From: Lingula anatina
Lineage: Eukaryota > Animalia > Brachiopoda
Assembly: GCA_051362555.1 (NCBI GenBank)
Contig: CM120649.1
Location: 13,330,001-13,394,000 of the forward strand
Reading direction: 5' to 3'
DNA length: 64,000 nucleotides
Of this stretch, positions 27,412-41,845 are shown piece after piece. A program made the translations under genes and the position numbers. Within the stretch, counting starts at the first letter, position 1. Each line of letters starts with the position of its first letter. The notes under the pieces are model-generated. The model worked only from the letters and a program-made list of their open reading frames with translations. It was not told the DNA's origin and searched no databases.

Positions 27412-29780
27412 TTAAAACAATGATAACAATGAAAGCAATAATTACAACGATCAAATGAAGAAACATATGACAGATGAAAGAGAAGTTACTTATCAGTGCC
27501 AAAACGTGTTTAGACAAACCCTTCAGGGTAACACGGTCTTAAAATCTACTGGCCCAAAGCAGAGACAGTGGCTAGAAACTTATGCAAACAAATTTACAAT
27601 ATTTTAGTGGCATTTAGCTTCAAGGGCTAGTGTAAACATCAGAGCTAGTTATGCTATTTAACTCAGTGATGTTTAGACCATTTAGACCGTAATGGCATCA
27701 GTAGTCGTATTAAATGTATGCGTTACATCTTTGTCAAATAATTACACCATACAATAATAATCATGCATAACAATACAAAATGTTTGCTTATATAGCATAA
27801 TAAGAAAAGCTTCCACTGCCTCATGAGAAAAATATTTGTAAAAATTGCATCACAAGAAAGGCAGTATTACGTAACTGTATATGAATTGTATTTTGTATTT
27901 TTATTAGTCAATGTGATCATTGTAATAATTTCCATTTGCATAACAAATGGATAATTTGTGTTGTGATATAAAATGGTGATACCATGTTGTGATAATATAT
28001 TCAGTTCACTGATACAGTGTTGGTTTGTTCATGCACAAAAGCTTTGACTGGTGCAGATCTAGTAGACCTCGACAGAAAACCAAAATTATTTCCTGAGTGG
28101 AACGCAATATCACACCATGTGAAGATGTACAAGGGCTCTCTGGGCTGACTCGGACAAAATCTACCTGACACGATCTTGGTCCTAATGGCGTCACTGGATG
28201 ACAACAAGTTACAAGCTTCATAACAGCACTAGCTTTTGTTAAAAAAATTAATCAGTTGATGAAAAATTCACCAATCCATGAGCTACGAGCTTTTTATTGA
28301 ATTTTGTCACACAGCATCATCTGTAAGTCGCTGTAGCATACCCTTTTGAACATAAGGGCTGGCTGTGTAAACATCAATACATGTATGTATTTATGTACTG
28401 TTTTTTTAGGCATGTGTAATTTCATGTAGCACTTGTATTAAGCTTGTATTTTATTGTATTTGATACAAAGGCATTTTGCTGTTTGTGTGTGTAAGGTGGC
28501 CAGGTTTGAACACATTAGCACTTTTAAAAATGTTACTTCATATGCGCTTACCAAGTACATATATGCTGGCATATATTAAGTAAATTATGTGTATAGTTTC
28601 AGCATTTTTTTTCCACAAAATTTAATTTATTCATCAGGTACAAAAGGAAAAAATGCAATATGATGTGGGCACCATTTTCTGATATAATCATTTTTTTTCC
28701 ATTTATACACAATTGTAAAGTTAAAGTATATGTGCATGTTTAAAGACTTACATTATATAACATTAACAGGATATGCACTGTGATACAAAATCGAACATTT
28801 TCCAAAATATTGCTCACTTCACATCGACTTCATCTATAATACTTTGATGCTTTTTGTTGGTAGGGTTATTCAATTACTGAATATAAATAGTGCTTTTTTA
28901 TAATGGCATACATATATAGTCATCAACTTTTTTGTAAGCAAATGAGATATACTGAAAGGAATAAACTATGAAAATAACAGTGAGTTCAAAAAAGAATGGG
29001 ATTTTTGAACATACAACCACCTGTCCAGTTACCTGATAATTATTTATCTTTTGTTCTTAAAAGTTTGTGAAGAAACAAAAAAAATTTAAACCCACACTGC
29101 AATTAAAACGCGGTGTCATGACGTGACAATCCCTATTAAGTCCCACTTGATCACAAACAGGGCATGATTAAATACATTTCAGAAATATTATTGCTTGCTC
29201 TTATCATTACTGGCCAGTGTATATGTCCCAATAACTCTTAAAAATCAATTAATGAAATTGCAATTTGTTATTATGTATCCCAAAATAAATCTCAACCCAT
29301 TCAGATGATGAATGCATTTAACACAAAAGAGATCATAGGTAATTCTTTATTAATAAATTATAAATTATTAAAATAGAAAAATATGATAACAAATTGTATG
29401 TCAATATTTTTACGTATGCTAAGATAATGTTGGGAATGAAACTGGCTCTAATATGTAAAGTAGTAAAGCCAATTTCATTTCCAACTTTATCTTGGCATAT
29501 TTTTATTTAAAAAATAATCACTTTTTTATTCTATAAATGATTTTATATAAATACTGTTTTTGATCAATCCGTGGATGTTTAAAATCAAACTATTTCACCT
29601 TTTTTTTAAATAAATAAGCAAGTCTCCAGGTCCTTCATATTTGTAGAAACCATATAGAAAGGGAAATTTCCACAGTAACAAATTACTCAATTGCATTTCA
29701 CGTGATCCACAAAATTTTAACATCTGGTGTATCCATCTTCCCTCCCACCTCTGTAAAAATGGCACTGTTTAACTCTTAAT

Positions 29781-32700
29781 TCATGAGCAAGTAAAGGATC
29801 CAGCCCCATGTTTCTGCTTTATCACATGAAATTTGTCAATCACTGCTCCTCCCTGAAAGCAGAAAAGAGGACACAATTTAGTTTTAACCCCGATTTGGTT
29901 TTGATAAGGACAAGGTGAATAACTATGTTATTTTCATTTTACTACACTTTTTAACTCATTTATTCATTAAATTATTCACTTTGTGTGACAGGGTGCAGTA
30001 AAATACACTAATTTCTTACACAAAATGTACATATTATATAAAATGGGGCCTTCTCAACTATTTTTTTTTACTGATATACTTCTTGGTACAGCAATACGGT
30101 AATTCTCCAATCTATACGAACGCCGCAATAATTACGAACGAAACGTTTTTTCTCTGAATCTGAATTTTTTGTCTCCGTTCTGTACGAACGATCGCTAAAC
30201 TCACCTTGGGCACAATTTAAATTTTCCGAACGCAAGAAAGTGTGCCCGATTGAAACTCGCCCCATGATTCGTCAAAGCGAGTTTTCAGACCACCGTTCCA
30301 AATAAAGGAACTGCCACTTGACAGGAGAGATTGTTATCATGTATTTGTGCTGTTTTTGAATGAGACGATAGGAGGACTCAACCTGCCCGCCGGCAGCTAC
30401 AGGCTAGTAGTTTTAAAACCCTATTGTTATTGAGAAATTATTGACAGCATCAGTACGCATAAATTACTTACTGTTTATTATCATTTCTTAACTTCCGCGG
30501 GCCGACTGGATCATCAACATCCACCATCAGTGTTTCACCGATAACTGGTTTCTAGTAAAATCTATAAACTTGAAACCCACGCACAACAGAAGGGTATGAG
30601 AAATCCATTGTCAATGATCGAGTTTTTCATTTGTTTTTGGTAGTCATCAGGAAATTTATTTTTTTAAGAGGAGTTCTGTCTTGTATTGTATTTATTTTTC
30701 TAATTTGAGTTGTGATAAAGTTAATGTACTTTTTTTTGTTTGTTTGTTTGTTTGTTTTTCCTTGTTTAAGACCTTGTCTCATGAACAACTATTAGGTAAA
30801 CCTTACTGATATTAGTGATTGTGAAAAATAAAGGTGCCGTATGACCTAAGTCCTTATAGAAATTTGCTTGCAGTTTTCTGTATTTTTTCTAATTAAGTTT
30901 ACATTGATTGCGTGCAAATTAATATGCTGTAAAAGACTTTCATAAATAGACTTGAATTGAGCTGATGTTATTTTTTATATCAAGTATAATCTCTATTAAC
31001 GTCAGTGATATCTACTGTGAGGAGTTTCAAGTATTTTGTTTTGGCGGGAGAAATTTATGTAGGCCTAATGGGGGTGTGTGTGACATTATTGATATTGCAA
31101 ATTTTCTATATGTGAAATCATATTAAAAGTAAACACGCAATAAATAAAATATGCAACTGGATACGAAAATATTCTTGTCTGTTTTTGACAGAAGTTGAGG
31201 AAAACGATGTTGTCCTGTCTTGGTAAAACATAACAGGGAAAAACGATGTTGTCTTGTCTTGGGAGAAATGCACATCTTTAGTATGAAGAAATTGTTTTTT
31301 AACTTGAATTCCCGACTTTTGTTTAGTTTGTGTTAATTCATTGCAATATCGCAAGAATAATTTGTTTGTGCTTTTAGCTGATCACAGTGATTTAATCTGA
31401 AAGTAATGCTTATACTTAGCAATGTAGGTAAGTGGAGATAACTTCAGGTACAGCCGTATTCCATCCGTATTTCAATAGATACGAACGCGTGGCAATTTTT
31501 AGCAGACTGAATTTCAAGCCTTACGAACAAAATGATTATCTTCCAAAAAAAATTAATTTAAATCGTTCGTATAGATTGGAGAATTACCGTAATTACTGGT
31601 AAGTCATAATTACAGAAATAACTTGGATATTTGTAGCTATTGGAAGGAAAGTTAAATTGAAAATGTGAGAAAAAAGACCAAAAGCAACATGCACAGACAA
31701 CATAAAAGAATGGACTAATCAAAAATATAGTGAAAGTTTAATATGGCACAAAATCCAGAGGTATGGCGATCCATGACAGTCAACCTGCTGAGTGGATGGT
31801 GCTCATAGATAGACAGATAGAATACAGCTTACCTGGTCATCTGACACCTGCTCAAAATACAGGTGAGTAGCGTTGGTAATAGTCATCCTGGTGTAGCCAT
31901 AGTCGCTGCTGCGGAAGGCACTCCAATATGGCGGAGGCTTGAACGGGTCGTGTTTTTCCTTGCAGCCCTTATAGGAAGAGAGAGGGTAAACGAATCAAAT
32001 GAGAAGAGAGAAGGGAATGAAGGATTTTATTCTGATTTTAAATTTAAAAATTGTGAACACTGCCACCCATGGTTTCAACCTTCTTTTTAGTTTGGTTTAA
32101 AAAACAGTTTTAATCAAAGAAATACCAAACTAGTCCTCTGGTCAGAGTATAGTACTGATGAAACATTTTATAACACTGAACAGGTTTCAAAAGCATTCAA
32201 AGTAACTAATTTTCTAGGTAAACACACAGGTAAGACAAGTACAGATGTACTAAATTTGAAAAGCTTCTCTTACAAGTGCAGGGAGCCAGAGCCAGCACCA
32301 CTACTTTCAAACTTAATATATATGTCAGTTATTTAAGGTGAAATATTTAATTCAGAGAAGTTCCTCACCGCAGATCCAGTAATTATGTGAACAGGTGCCC
32401 CAGGGTTAGTGTATGGGTAGGCATTGCTGCCATTACACACCTACAAGGTAATCATATATCAATTAACAAAATTTGTCTGTACAACTCCTTTATATCAATA
32501 TACATAACATTGTACATATCCACAACAGAAATATATTTTTAACAAACATATGATGTATTGATTCAAAGTAAAACGAAACACCTTCTGAGGTGCTACCTTT
32601 ATACCATTTGTCAAAAATATCACAGATTCATGACAACAAATGAAAGTAAAATGTTCATAAGCTCTTAAAAATAAAGTATTATGACCCTTTTCATAGGAAT

Positions 32701-35700
32701 ATAACCTCCTTTTATGGATCTGACCATATAATGCATTTATTTCGGCCTTTTTTCCCTACCTTCATGTTGTATATAGGCCAAAGTCTTTCATATATGTGCT
32801 CATGGGCCCAGAGCATCAGGTCTACCCCAGACTTGTAAAAAAGGCCTTCTAAGGCTGTTCTTATCTGGAAAATGAGGTTAGTGTATAGGTTTATCATGAA
32901 ATAGCAGCTTTTGAAGATCAGTCACAATTAGCTTTTGAAGATCAGTCACAATTAGCCTTTGAAGATCAGCCACAATATCACAGCAAATTTGACTGTCATA
33001 CAGCAGCCTTCATCACAGTAATGTCAATGAAATTATAGTGTTTATATATTGCTGCCAGATGGACTATATGCACTCTATATTTTTCAAAGGTGTAACTCAT
33101 GCCTGTCACATGCCAAGTGTTATAAAAACTAACAACATCATCTGATCCTTATAAATAATCAATACAGATAGCATTCAAGCTCACCCTACTGATGGAGAAA
33201 GTGCAGTCATCATAGTCATTGGTGGAGCAATACATGGGTCTGTGAGCCATGGTGATTAGCCAGGGTCTCTCTGCTCTGTTCTCTGGTTTGTTGGCTTCCT
33301 GTAAGGCAAATGCATAAGGTTATGACTCGATCTGTTCAATGGGGTAAATTACCAATCTTTCCGGCGGCACATAATTTTGTTATCATTAAAAAATTCTATG
33401 TCTATCTAGCATTTGCGGTGCTGCAACTGCACTGAATAGAATTACAGGGTAGCACTTTTGTTGCAACCACTTCACAGGAATGATCTCATTTAAGAACTTA
33501 TGACTTGAAAAAATAAAGTATCTGTAATATTCATGATTTCCTCCATTGAAAGACTGGGTCTTTGCTCCTCATACTGGGTAAATTACTTAAAGAGGTTCAG
33601 CATTTTGACTTCTGTCAGATGTAAAATATGGCCTCCTTGTGACCTGTCTATGCAAGCACTCACCTGTAGTTCTCTCTCCAGCCAGCGGTATTGGTTCAGC
33701 GCCATGTGAAAACCATACTTTAAATAAAAGTAAACTTCTGTGGAAAACCCTATTATATGAGCCTTGCCAAGTTTCAGACTGAAAGAATACAGAAGTGATA
33801 AAAGTTATATAACTCAGAGACACGTTTTAATTAGACGATTCAGAGGAAAAAAAAAACTGAAAGAAAACACCATAAGTTACCCCATTTCTTGTTTCAGACA
33901 GCCACCGAATTTTGCAGCTTATGAATTCATTCCCTAATGCCAGGCCTTCTGAAGTAAAAATTCCACATTCACTTATTATTTTGCAAAAGCTCAAAGCCAA
34001 TAAAATCCTTAAATTATCAAATTACTGATAATTGTAGACTTTCAGAATTACATTTGATCAAATGTGCACTAAAAAATTATCAAATAAATGATCCATTATA
34101 ACTTGAACATTAAAAATAATACTTCAGTATTAAAAATCATGAAAAAATACCCACCTGTAAAACAAGCTCTCTCCATCTCCACCTGCCCGAGGCATGCTGA
34201 ATCTATTCCTGTAGTTGGAGAAATTACTGAAATGAAATAAAACAGGGACACACACTAATTACAACATTGCACAAAAATTTTCATTACTGACATTCTATTA
34301 GACTTGATCTATTTGGGTGAAAATTTTTAAATAAGATTTCACAAAACAACAATAAAAAATCCCTTTACCGTTGTGATACTGACGATTTATAGTCATAGTT
34401 ACATTATCATGCAGATGAAATAGCAGAGCTTCCAGTGACCAGTAGAAGTCTTTGTCACAAAGGCACTATATTGGCATACCCATCATTAAATGACAAACAC
34501 CTGTAGAAGTAAATACAGGAACACAGAGTATGTAATTTGTGAGTATATGCTTACTATGGACTCTCGTGGTTTCCTACTGTCACCATGTAAGGTATGTATG
34601 CAGCTACCGACTCTATCTGACGCATGAATTCATCACCAACTCTGGCGTTATCCTGCAAAATCAGAGACACACGCCCACTTCAGTAACAAACCCTTAAATT
34701 GAGGGTTCAAATGTTGTTGGGATGTTAATATACGTAGCTGAATGGTCTATACCACATTACACTATGGGCAGAGCTGACGGTTTTTTACATTTCAAAATGT
34801 GTAATATGTAGAGATCTACTGTTTAATGCCAACTCCCCTAAGCTGCAGATCCAAATTGTGTGCCATACATTGTATTTTCATTTTCAAACCATATGTGCAG
34901 ACTCATCCGACTGTCAGAAACAAGAATGTTCCAAGACTACAAGGAAAATGATTTCCGATTTTTACAATTGGCTAAATAAACTCTTATCTAATCTTATCTT
35001 ACACCTTTTTACTTACCGAGTCCATGTCATATGCAAAGTCACCTAAAATTCAAAAATAGATAAATAAATTTAAAAATATTTAAAAACATGTCATAGTCAC
35101 AACTAATTCTATGCATCATTAATCTAATCAGTTAAAATGTTCAGTTTTCAAAAATTAACATTATCTTCAAATATTGCCATTATTTTTTTTCTTTTGCACA
35201 AAATTAAGTGCAGCATTATTCATAGAGACATATGTGGTAAAGGTATCAGTTTGTCAAATACACTGTATTAAAAAAGGCTAATTATTTTGAAAAATGTTTA
35301 TAATTTTTGTTCTGCTAGTAAGAAAAAATTTAATTTGGTCAAAATTTCAAGAAAGCAGAAAGTAAGCCCCAATATACCACTAGTCCATATGGGCATTTTT
35401 ACAATCCTGGGCTCCTTTTTTTCCCACCAAGGGTCAAAAATAGAAGTCATTTTTGTGTTGAAATGTGTACTTTTCTTGAAAGTATAGACCTGAAGGGTAT
35501 AAGAAATGACAATCCCGAGATAAAACCTTGTGAATGTATAAAGATATGATTATTTGAATTTTGAAAATCATTTTTTTAATTTTCATAAGCTAAACCTTGA
35601 AGTGTATGACTTTTATGGTAATTTAAGGTATTGATCTCCAAAAAACCACTTAGTTTTACTCAGAGAGTATTGCTCTTTTATGTATTTGCAAAAACAATGG

Positions 35701-38700
35701 ATGAAAATATCCAAAATTTGGCGAATCAATGACATTTTGTAATTTTCCTGTTTCAGTATTAAATGTGACTCCATGAAGTTTTTGATTCTGAGATATTCTG
35801 AGGACTTCTGTACTTCACTTTACCTTGCATTAGTTCTTTATGTTATGCTTCATGATTGTGTAAAATATTATTTTGCACGGACATGTGTGCTAATTGCAGT
35901 GTCATGTTAAAATAAATGTCCTTTCCGAAACATCCCTGTTTCGGAAAGGACATTTTTTAACATTTATGATATTGTTTTAATATATTGTAGTATTTGAGTT
36001 TTTATAAGTTTTAGGTGAAGTCTATGAATAACTGGGCAAAATAGGTGGAAGCTGAACTAAAACTGAAGTCTTTTTATTACATTTTGTGCTTGTTTTGTCT
36101 ATTTTGTACTAGTAATTCATTACTGGAATTTTATTTTATTAAATATTGATTCTGAGATATATTCCAGGTATTCTTTATGCCATTATACCTTATTCCAGTT
36201 TCTTTTGTTACAGTGCATAGCTGTATAAAATATTATTTGACAATGTCAGATTTACCATCAGTAAAGACATGTTTAAAAATATGTCCTTTTAGACATGTCC
36301 TTGTTTCGGAATGGACATTTATTTAACATTTATGAAATTGCCTTAAGAGTATGTTGGTTTACAAGGTACAGGTGAAGCAATCATTGGACCAAATATGAGT
36401 TAACTAGATTAAAACTGAACTGTTTTTATTACATTAATTGGTCATTTTGGATAGTTTTGATTCTTTTTTGAAATGTTACTCCATTAGTATTTGATCATGA
36501 CATAAAATAGAGTCTTCTACACTCCATTATACCCTATTCTACTTCCTTTTGTTACAGCTCATAGCTGTGTAAAATATTATTCAGTCAGGTTTAAATTTAG
36601 TAATAACATTTATAAATATGTCCTTTTAGGCATGTCCTGTATTTCGGAATGGACATTTATTTAACATTTACGAAATTATAATATATATATATATATCATG
36701 ATGTATGTATATATTATAAATAATCACAGGAAGTTAATTATAACCTGTGTCTGCCTGCAAGCGCCTCTGTAAACTGTGCCAATGAACTGACTCTTGCAAC
36801 TTTAACACGTGTAGCCTCATAACTATTTTCGAATACTTTTTTGTACATCATAAGTAAGCAATATTTGAAGTAAGGTAAGCTATATTATTCAAAATTATAT
36901 TCTACATAAATTTGATGTGCTTCCCATCATCCTCTTCCTCATGAATAATAAATAGATGCGCAGACCAAAGAGTAAACAAGTGTTTTAGACAATGTGTTAA
37001 AAAATGTCCTTTCCGATACAAAGCATCCAAATTGCCTATATTTCTATTTATACTGATATAATCTCTTCAATTAATTGTTAATTTAACTTTGAAATACATG
37101 AACTTTGGGAAAATATGCAATGGAAGTTCTAGTAGATCCAAAGAAAAGATCCTGACTCGCAAAAACGAATTTTTTTGTTGAGGATATATATAGAAATTTA
37201 AAAAGATGCCATTGAAGAAATGTTTTTCTATTATTTTCATGTCACATGCATGATGCTCTAACAGTAATTTGCTCATGTCAAGTGAAACATACAGCATTAA
37301 AGACAGAATTCTCTCTATTTATAACATTGGCAATGTAAAGGTACTTTGTTTCGGAATGGACAATTTTTAACAAGCATCTCAAAAAAGGCCACAGTTAAAT
37401 GGGTTTCTGTGCACTGGGGTTTTCTTATATAAAAATAAATATCACATGTCCTGGGCTTTAGAGAAATATATATTGTTACTGGCTAGGTGTCAACATGTTC
37501 TTTTTATGTAAGAGAAACCCAATGTTTCGGAATGGACAAATTTAACGGAAAAACACGGTAGGGTTATTTTGCACTCCATGTCAAGCTCCAGAATCATCGC
37601 GCAGATTTCATTATTTGATACAAACAATACCAATACATCCAAATAATGATTAGGATGGTAAATAATACTGTATGTTTTATGATATATTTTCTGAAAGTCA
37701 TTTATTTTTGTTTCGGAATGGACATTTCGTTTAACGGAAATACCAGCATGCCATCAAAAGGCTTTTTTTTACTAGGATACACCTCTCTCCTGTTAATATT
37801 TAAACTTTTTTGCTTCCACCATACTACTTAGTGTTTTATAATCCAAAAAAATGCAATGTCAAACACTGTTTTAATTTATTTCAGATTGCTTTTTATTTCA
37901 TATGACTAAAACGGGAAAAATATTTGGTCATTTTTCGGGCTTTGCTTTAGCATAACTTTGGACTCGGTGGTGATATTTGGTTTCTATTTTCAGTGTTTAT
38001 CTTCACTTACACCATTCTCTAACATAGTGATAAAAGAATTCTTTGATTGTATGTATGTAATTTGTTAATTAGCAATATGTGGGAAAATCTGAAAAGTGCC
38101 CAGGATTGTAAAAATGCCCATATACAGATACTTTACCTCAACAAAACCATAAAATAATGCTTTAAAACTTTCCCTCTACAATACCATGCAATACAATACC
38201 CGAAAATAAAATAATCTTTCAAAAACTCACCAAAATGAAAAATAGCATCGTACATTCCTTTCTGCTTTTTCTGCTGTAATCAATACATACAAACTTTAAC
38301 TCAACAATACCAGAAAATATTTTCCTATAACTTTCCCAGTCAACAATATGAAAAATAGCATCGTACCTTCCTCTCTGTTTCCTGCTGTAATCAACACATA
38401 CATGTACATACTTTAAATCAGCAATACCAGAAAATATTTTTTTCTATAACTTACCAATATGAAAAATAGCATCGTACATTCCTTTCTGTGTTTCCTGCTG
38501 TAGTCTGGCCAGAGACTGTGGGTTTTCATTGCCCATGTCTCCATATACCGCCACCCTGGGGATCCAGGCTGGGTCCGTCCTCATTGCTGTGAAGGTAAAG
38601 AGACTGCTCCAGCCATACTGACTGCCGCAGTGGTACACTAAGAAAAAAGAAAAAGTTATGAATATATTTTACAGGCACCCTGGGGCTCCAGGCAAATTGG

Positions 38701-40299
38701 TTCACTTAGCATTTGTAGGAGTTCCATTAAATTTTTTTATTATTTTTTAAACATGAATTGCTATTCAACAACTGTGAACATTACACTTATTGCTATCATT
38801 TTGCAGCATGATTACTGATCACAACAATATTTTATCTAATTTTTCAATATTTAGATCTATTGTATTATTTCTCTTATATTTCTCTTATTTTTCAAAAAAA
38901 TAAATAAATAAATAGATAAGATATATAAACTATGTGCTACAACCCTAACTGGATTAATATTTCTCAAATTTTCAAAAAAAAATTTTTTTATTTGCTACAG
39001 TCCTTACTGTATTTCTGTCCTGGTTTCAGTCCAGTTATTGTCACGCGATGAATGTACAATTTCCTGTGTTCAGAACCGCCATCTTGGAACATTGTCTCGC
39101 TGCCTTTAGCAGCATTCTCCAGGCTCCTGATCCCATATTCCACTAGAGAAGAGTTTGTCTGAGACAAAGTGACCCATGTCACAACCATCTGATCTGGAGA
39201 CTCTGTAAAATAAATAAATAAATAGTTTCATATTAAAGAGGGAAATGACTCGTGATCGATTATAATTCTTTTTCTATGACTGATCTATACAACTTTTCTA
39301 ACATTGGTATTTCTTTCTTTTTCTTTTTACATCTGATATCATTTTATGAAAGTCAAGTGTTACAGATGATCTGCAATAATTATTAAATTGATGACAAATT
39401 AGTGAACAAAAGATTTAAAAATAATTTTTTCACAAACTTTATTTGCTTTCATTATATATGCACATATTTTAAGTGGTAATTGCATGACAGCACAATATGC
39501 TTCCAGTACGTGATATTTTCCCTTGAAAATCTCACAAGAAAAACAAAATCAATCATGGTTGTATTCATTTTACAGTAGAAAAGAATCTAGCTGCATTATA
39601 GCTTTTTCTCTCCTAGAATTCATGATATTTATTCCAACAATTTTCTTTTCTTTAACTGTAATCAATTGGCAAAACAGATTCAAAGGTATGTCAGAGCACA
39701 ACAAACCGCAACTATTTTGTCAATATTGTTGGAATGGGGGTCCGTCATATAGATAAACGTCCCCATTCTACGTCACTGTAAAACAATCCATGGGCAACCT
39801 GGATTGATATAGTATACTTCTGACGAACAGCACTTGAGAGAGAGAGAGAGAGAATGAGAGCTATGAACTGTTCATGTCTGCTGTATTATCCTTGTATTAT
39901 CCCCACCCTGTAAAAAATTCCCGCTATGACGTCATCTTTCCCCCCTCCGCGGCGCCATAATGGTAGTCGAACTCAAAGGGGTATCACAACAGCAGCGATT
40001 ATCTAATCAGTTTTCAGCTTTTTCTCCAAAATGCCGACGATGTGTGCCGTATACTCTCTCTCTCTCTCTCTCTGTCCCAACCCCCTGTTCTTCCCCTGTC
40101 TTAATATAAATATCATTTTCCTCTAACTCAAGTAATGTCCGAGATGACCCCTCACTCCTCCAAACTTACCCCCATACGCCAAATGTACTTGCTCTGGTTG
40201 GTAATACACGATTCCTACTTCCGATAGGTGTGGCGCGCCATGTAAACGCCCCACAATAACTGCGAAGACAGACAGAAAGGAGAGGATTTCTTGATACAT
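29781..40299 (-). CDS. ACP7: Purple acid phosphatase, acid phosphatase type 7-like; complete, 12 exons, ~438 aa, with signal peptide
   Basis: Exons (minus strand): 40170-40299, 39008-39202, 38455-38637, 35017-35042, 34555-34652, 34155-34226, 33664-33778, 33185-33298, 32760-32864, 32369-32440, 31833-31967, 29781-29852 (TGA); 1317 nt, phases consistent. Motifs: QPEQVHL, MVVTW, YIHRVTITGLKPG; metal ligands GDMG, GDFAY, GNHE, AHRPMY, AHEH; GSAGC and DYGY. Confidence 0.95.
30097..31589. mobile_element. 1.5-kb non-autonomous Tc1/mariner-type element in the last ACP7 intron
   Basis: Perfect 26-bp TIR CGGTAATTCTCCAATCTATACGAACG / CGTTCGTATAGATTGGAGAATTACCG flanked by TA on both sides; no transposase ORF. 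Confidence 0.85.
32906..32976. repeat. 3 x 24-bp tandem repeat
   Basis: AGCTTTTGAAGATCAGTCACAATT repeated three times in an ACP7 intron. Confidence 0.9.
35391..38119. mobile_element. 2.7-kb non-autonomous DNA transposon in ACP7 intron 3, with internal repeats
   Basis: Perfect 22-bp TIR GGGCATTTTTACAATCCTGGGC / GCCCAGGATTGTAAAAATGCCC flanked by ATAT; three ~350-bp internal tandem units and a recurring TTTCGGAAWGGACA motif. Confidence 0.85.
38180..38502. repeat. About 113-bp tandem triplication spanning the ACP7 exon 3 / intron 3 junction
   Basis: ATGAAAAATAGCATCGTAC...CTGCTGTA occurs at about 38235, 38348 and 38459 (the real exon). Confidence 0.85.
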
Positions 40300-40702
40300 C
40301 TTGCCTCTCTTCCGTTGCCTCAAAACGTCACATAATGCCTTGGGTCAACGTATATATTACTGATGAAAAATTAACCTGCGCAATCAGTGTTGTTAATGGA
40401 TGACCTAGGTCAAATTATTTGCAGGTGCAGGTATGCCTACCCGCATAGCGCAACTACTGCAATCGTGGAAGACGTCACAGCACAATCCTGGCAAAGGGAG
40501 TGTGGGTGTGGGGTACAATCCTTGAAATTGCCGTCTACATATGCTACTATTTATACGATGACAGACGGCCACGTTCTCTTTTTCAAAGCAAATTGTCGGG
40601 CTTAAGCCCCATGAATAAAGAAGAAAATACTTTATGTGAAACCTGAGAATTAAACATGTGGACAAATGCACTGAAAGCCCTTTTTTCATAAATCTTATTC
40701 AT

Positions 40703-40996
40703 CAGGGGCGGATCCAGCCGAAATTTCTTTGAAGGAGGGGGAGGGGGCGGGTCAGTTTTTTTTTTCAGGGATTAACATGCTTCGGATTGCGAGGCCGACC
40801 TTAACCAACTTGGCGTAAGATTCGCCCCCCCCCCCCCCCAAAAAAAAAAAAAAAAAAATAATAATAATAATAAAGAAAAAACTATGATTCAGCCTTTTTT
40901 GGGGGGGTGGGGGGGTGCGTTTTTTTATCAGAAATCGAAAGGGGGAGGGTCAGGACCCCCCCCCCTCCCTCCGATACCCCTCTAAATCCGCCACTG
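40703..40996. mobile_element. MITE with CAG(G/T)GGCGGAT TIR and G/C runs
   Basis: CAGGGGCGGATCCAG...TAAATCCGCCACTG; ends resemble 63412-63681 in inverted orientation; TSD eroded. Confidence 0.7.
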
Positions 40997-41845
40997 TTCT
41001 CATACTCGGTATTTCATATCGTCCTGTTTGACACTGGTTTGATGAGGGACCCATGGCGTATTTTCATTACCCTTGAAAGCCACTTTTTATTTCCTGTGTA
41101 TGCATGTATGAACGTAAATAATCCAAATCCGAAGACTCTTGATGCAGCTTTTTTTATTCTTTGTTTTTCGTGTTCAACTAAACCATTATACTCTGCATAC
41201 TCGTTGATTCGTGTTTTTCAACTCGTAGGGCAATGTAATTCCTGCGTTTTCGACGAGTTATGAATAAATAAAGTTTTATTTAATGTGAATTGTGAATTGA
41301 TAATTTTATTTCCCGTGATCTGTGATCACCCCCCCCCCTTCCCCCCCATGGGATCTCCTTTGAATAAGGCCTACTTCGAATGCCCGTATGCATTTACATT
41401 TACAACTATTGCTTTATTTTGAGTCAAGGACGTCGGTAATTTTTGTGTCTCGTCAGGGGCGGATTGAAGCCGTATTCTATGTCTATTTCTTTCTGTCGAA
41501 AGACGGCCAAAAATGGAGGATGATCAACAAAGTCGTTTTGGTCATATGTGTCTTTTGACCTTTACAACATGAAAAGTCACGCCTGAAGACTTAAGGGAAG
41601 GTCAATAATCACTGATAACTAGTCAAACCGACCATATGGCGTATCGTTTTAAAGTGGCATTCACACACCTTGCCACGGATCAGTAGCGAACCAATGTGGG
41701 ATAAAAAAATAGACAAATCATATACATTTCGGAGGACATGCTGCCACAGACCTTGTAATAGACTATAAGTGGAAAGTAAATTGAAAAATACCGTGGATTG
41801 AGTTACAAGGTACGGGTACCTCGATACAGCTTTATTTGACTGATA

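Noticed and set aside
27412-29780. Overlapping antisense 3' UTRs of the convergent channel and ACP7 genes
   Set aside because: Many AATAAA/TTTATT hexamers occur by chance in this AT-rich stretch, so transcript ends cannot be placed from sequence alone.
40300-40323. Upstream extension MRQRKRGK of ACP7 in the ORF track
   Set aside because: It starts at TTG, not ATG; the ATG at 40299 directly precedes a normal signal peptide.
40730-40980. G/C runs suggesting a G-quadruplex promoter element upstream of ACP7
   Set aside because: They lie inside a MITE whose relative at 63412-63681 has similar runs, so there is no evidence for a locus-specific role.
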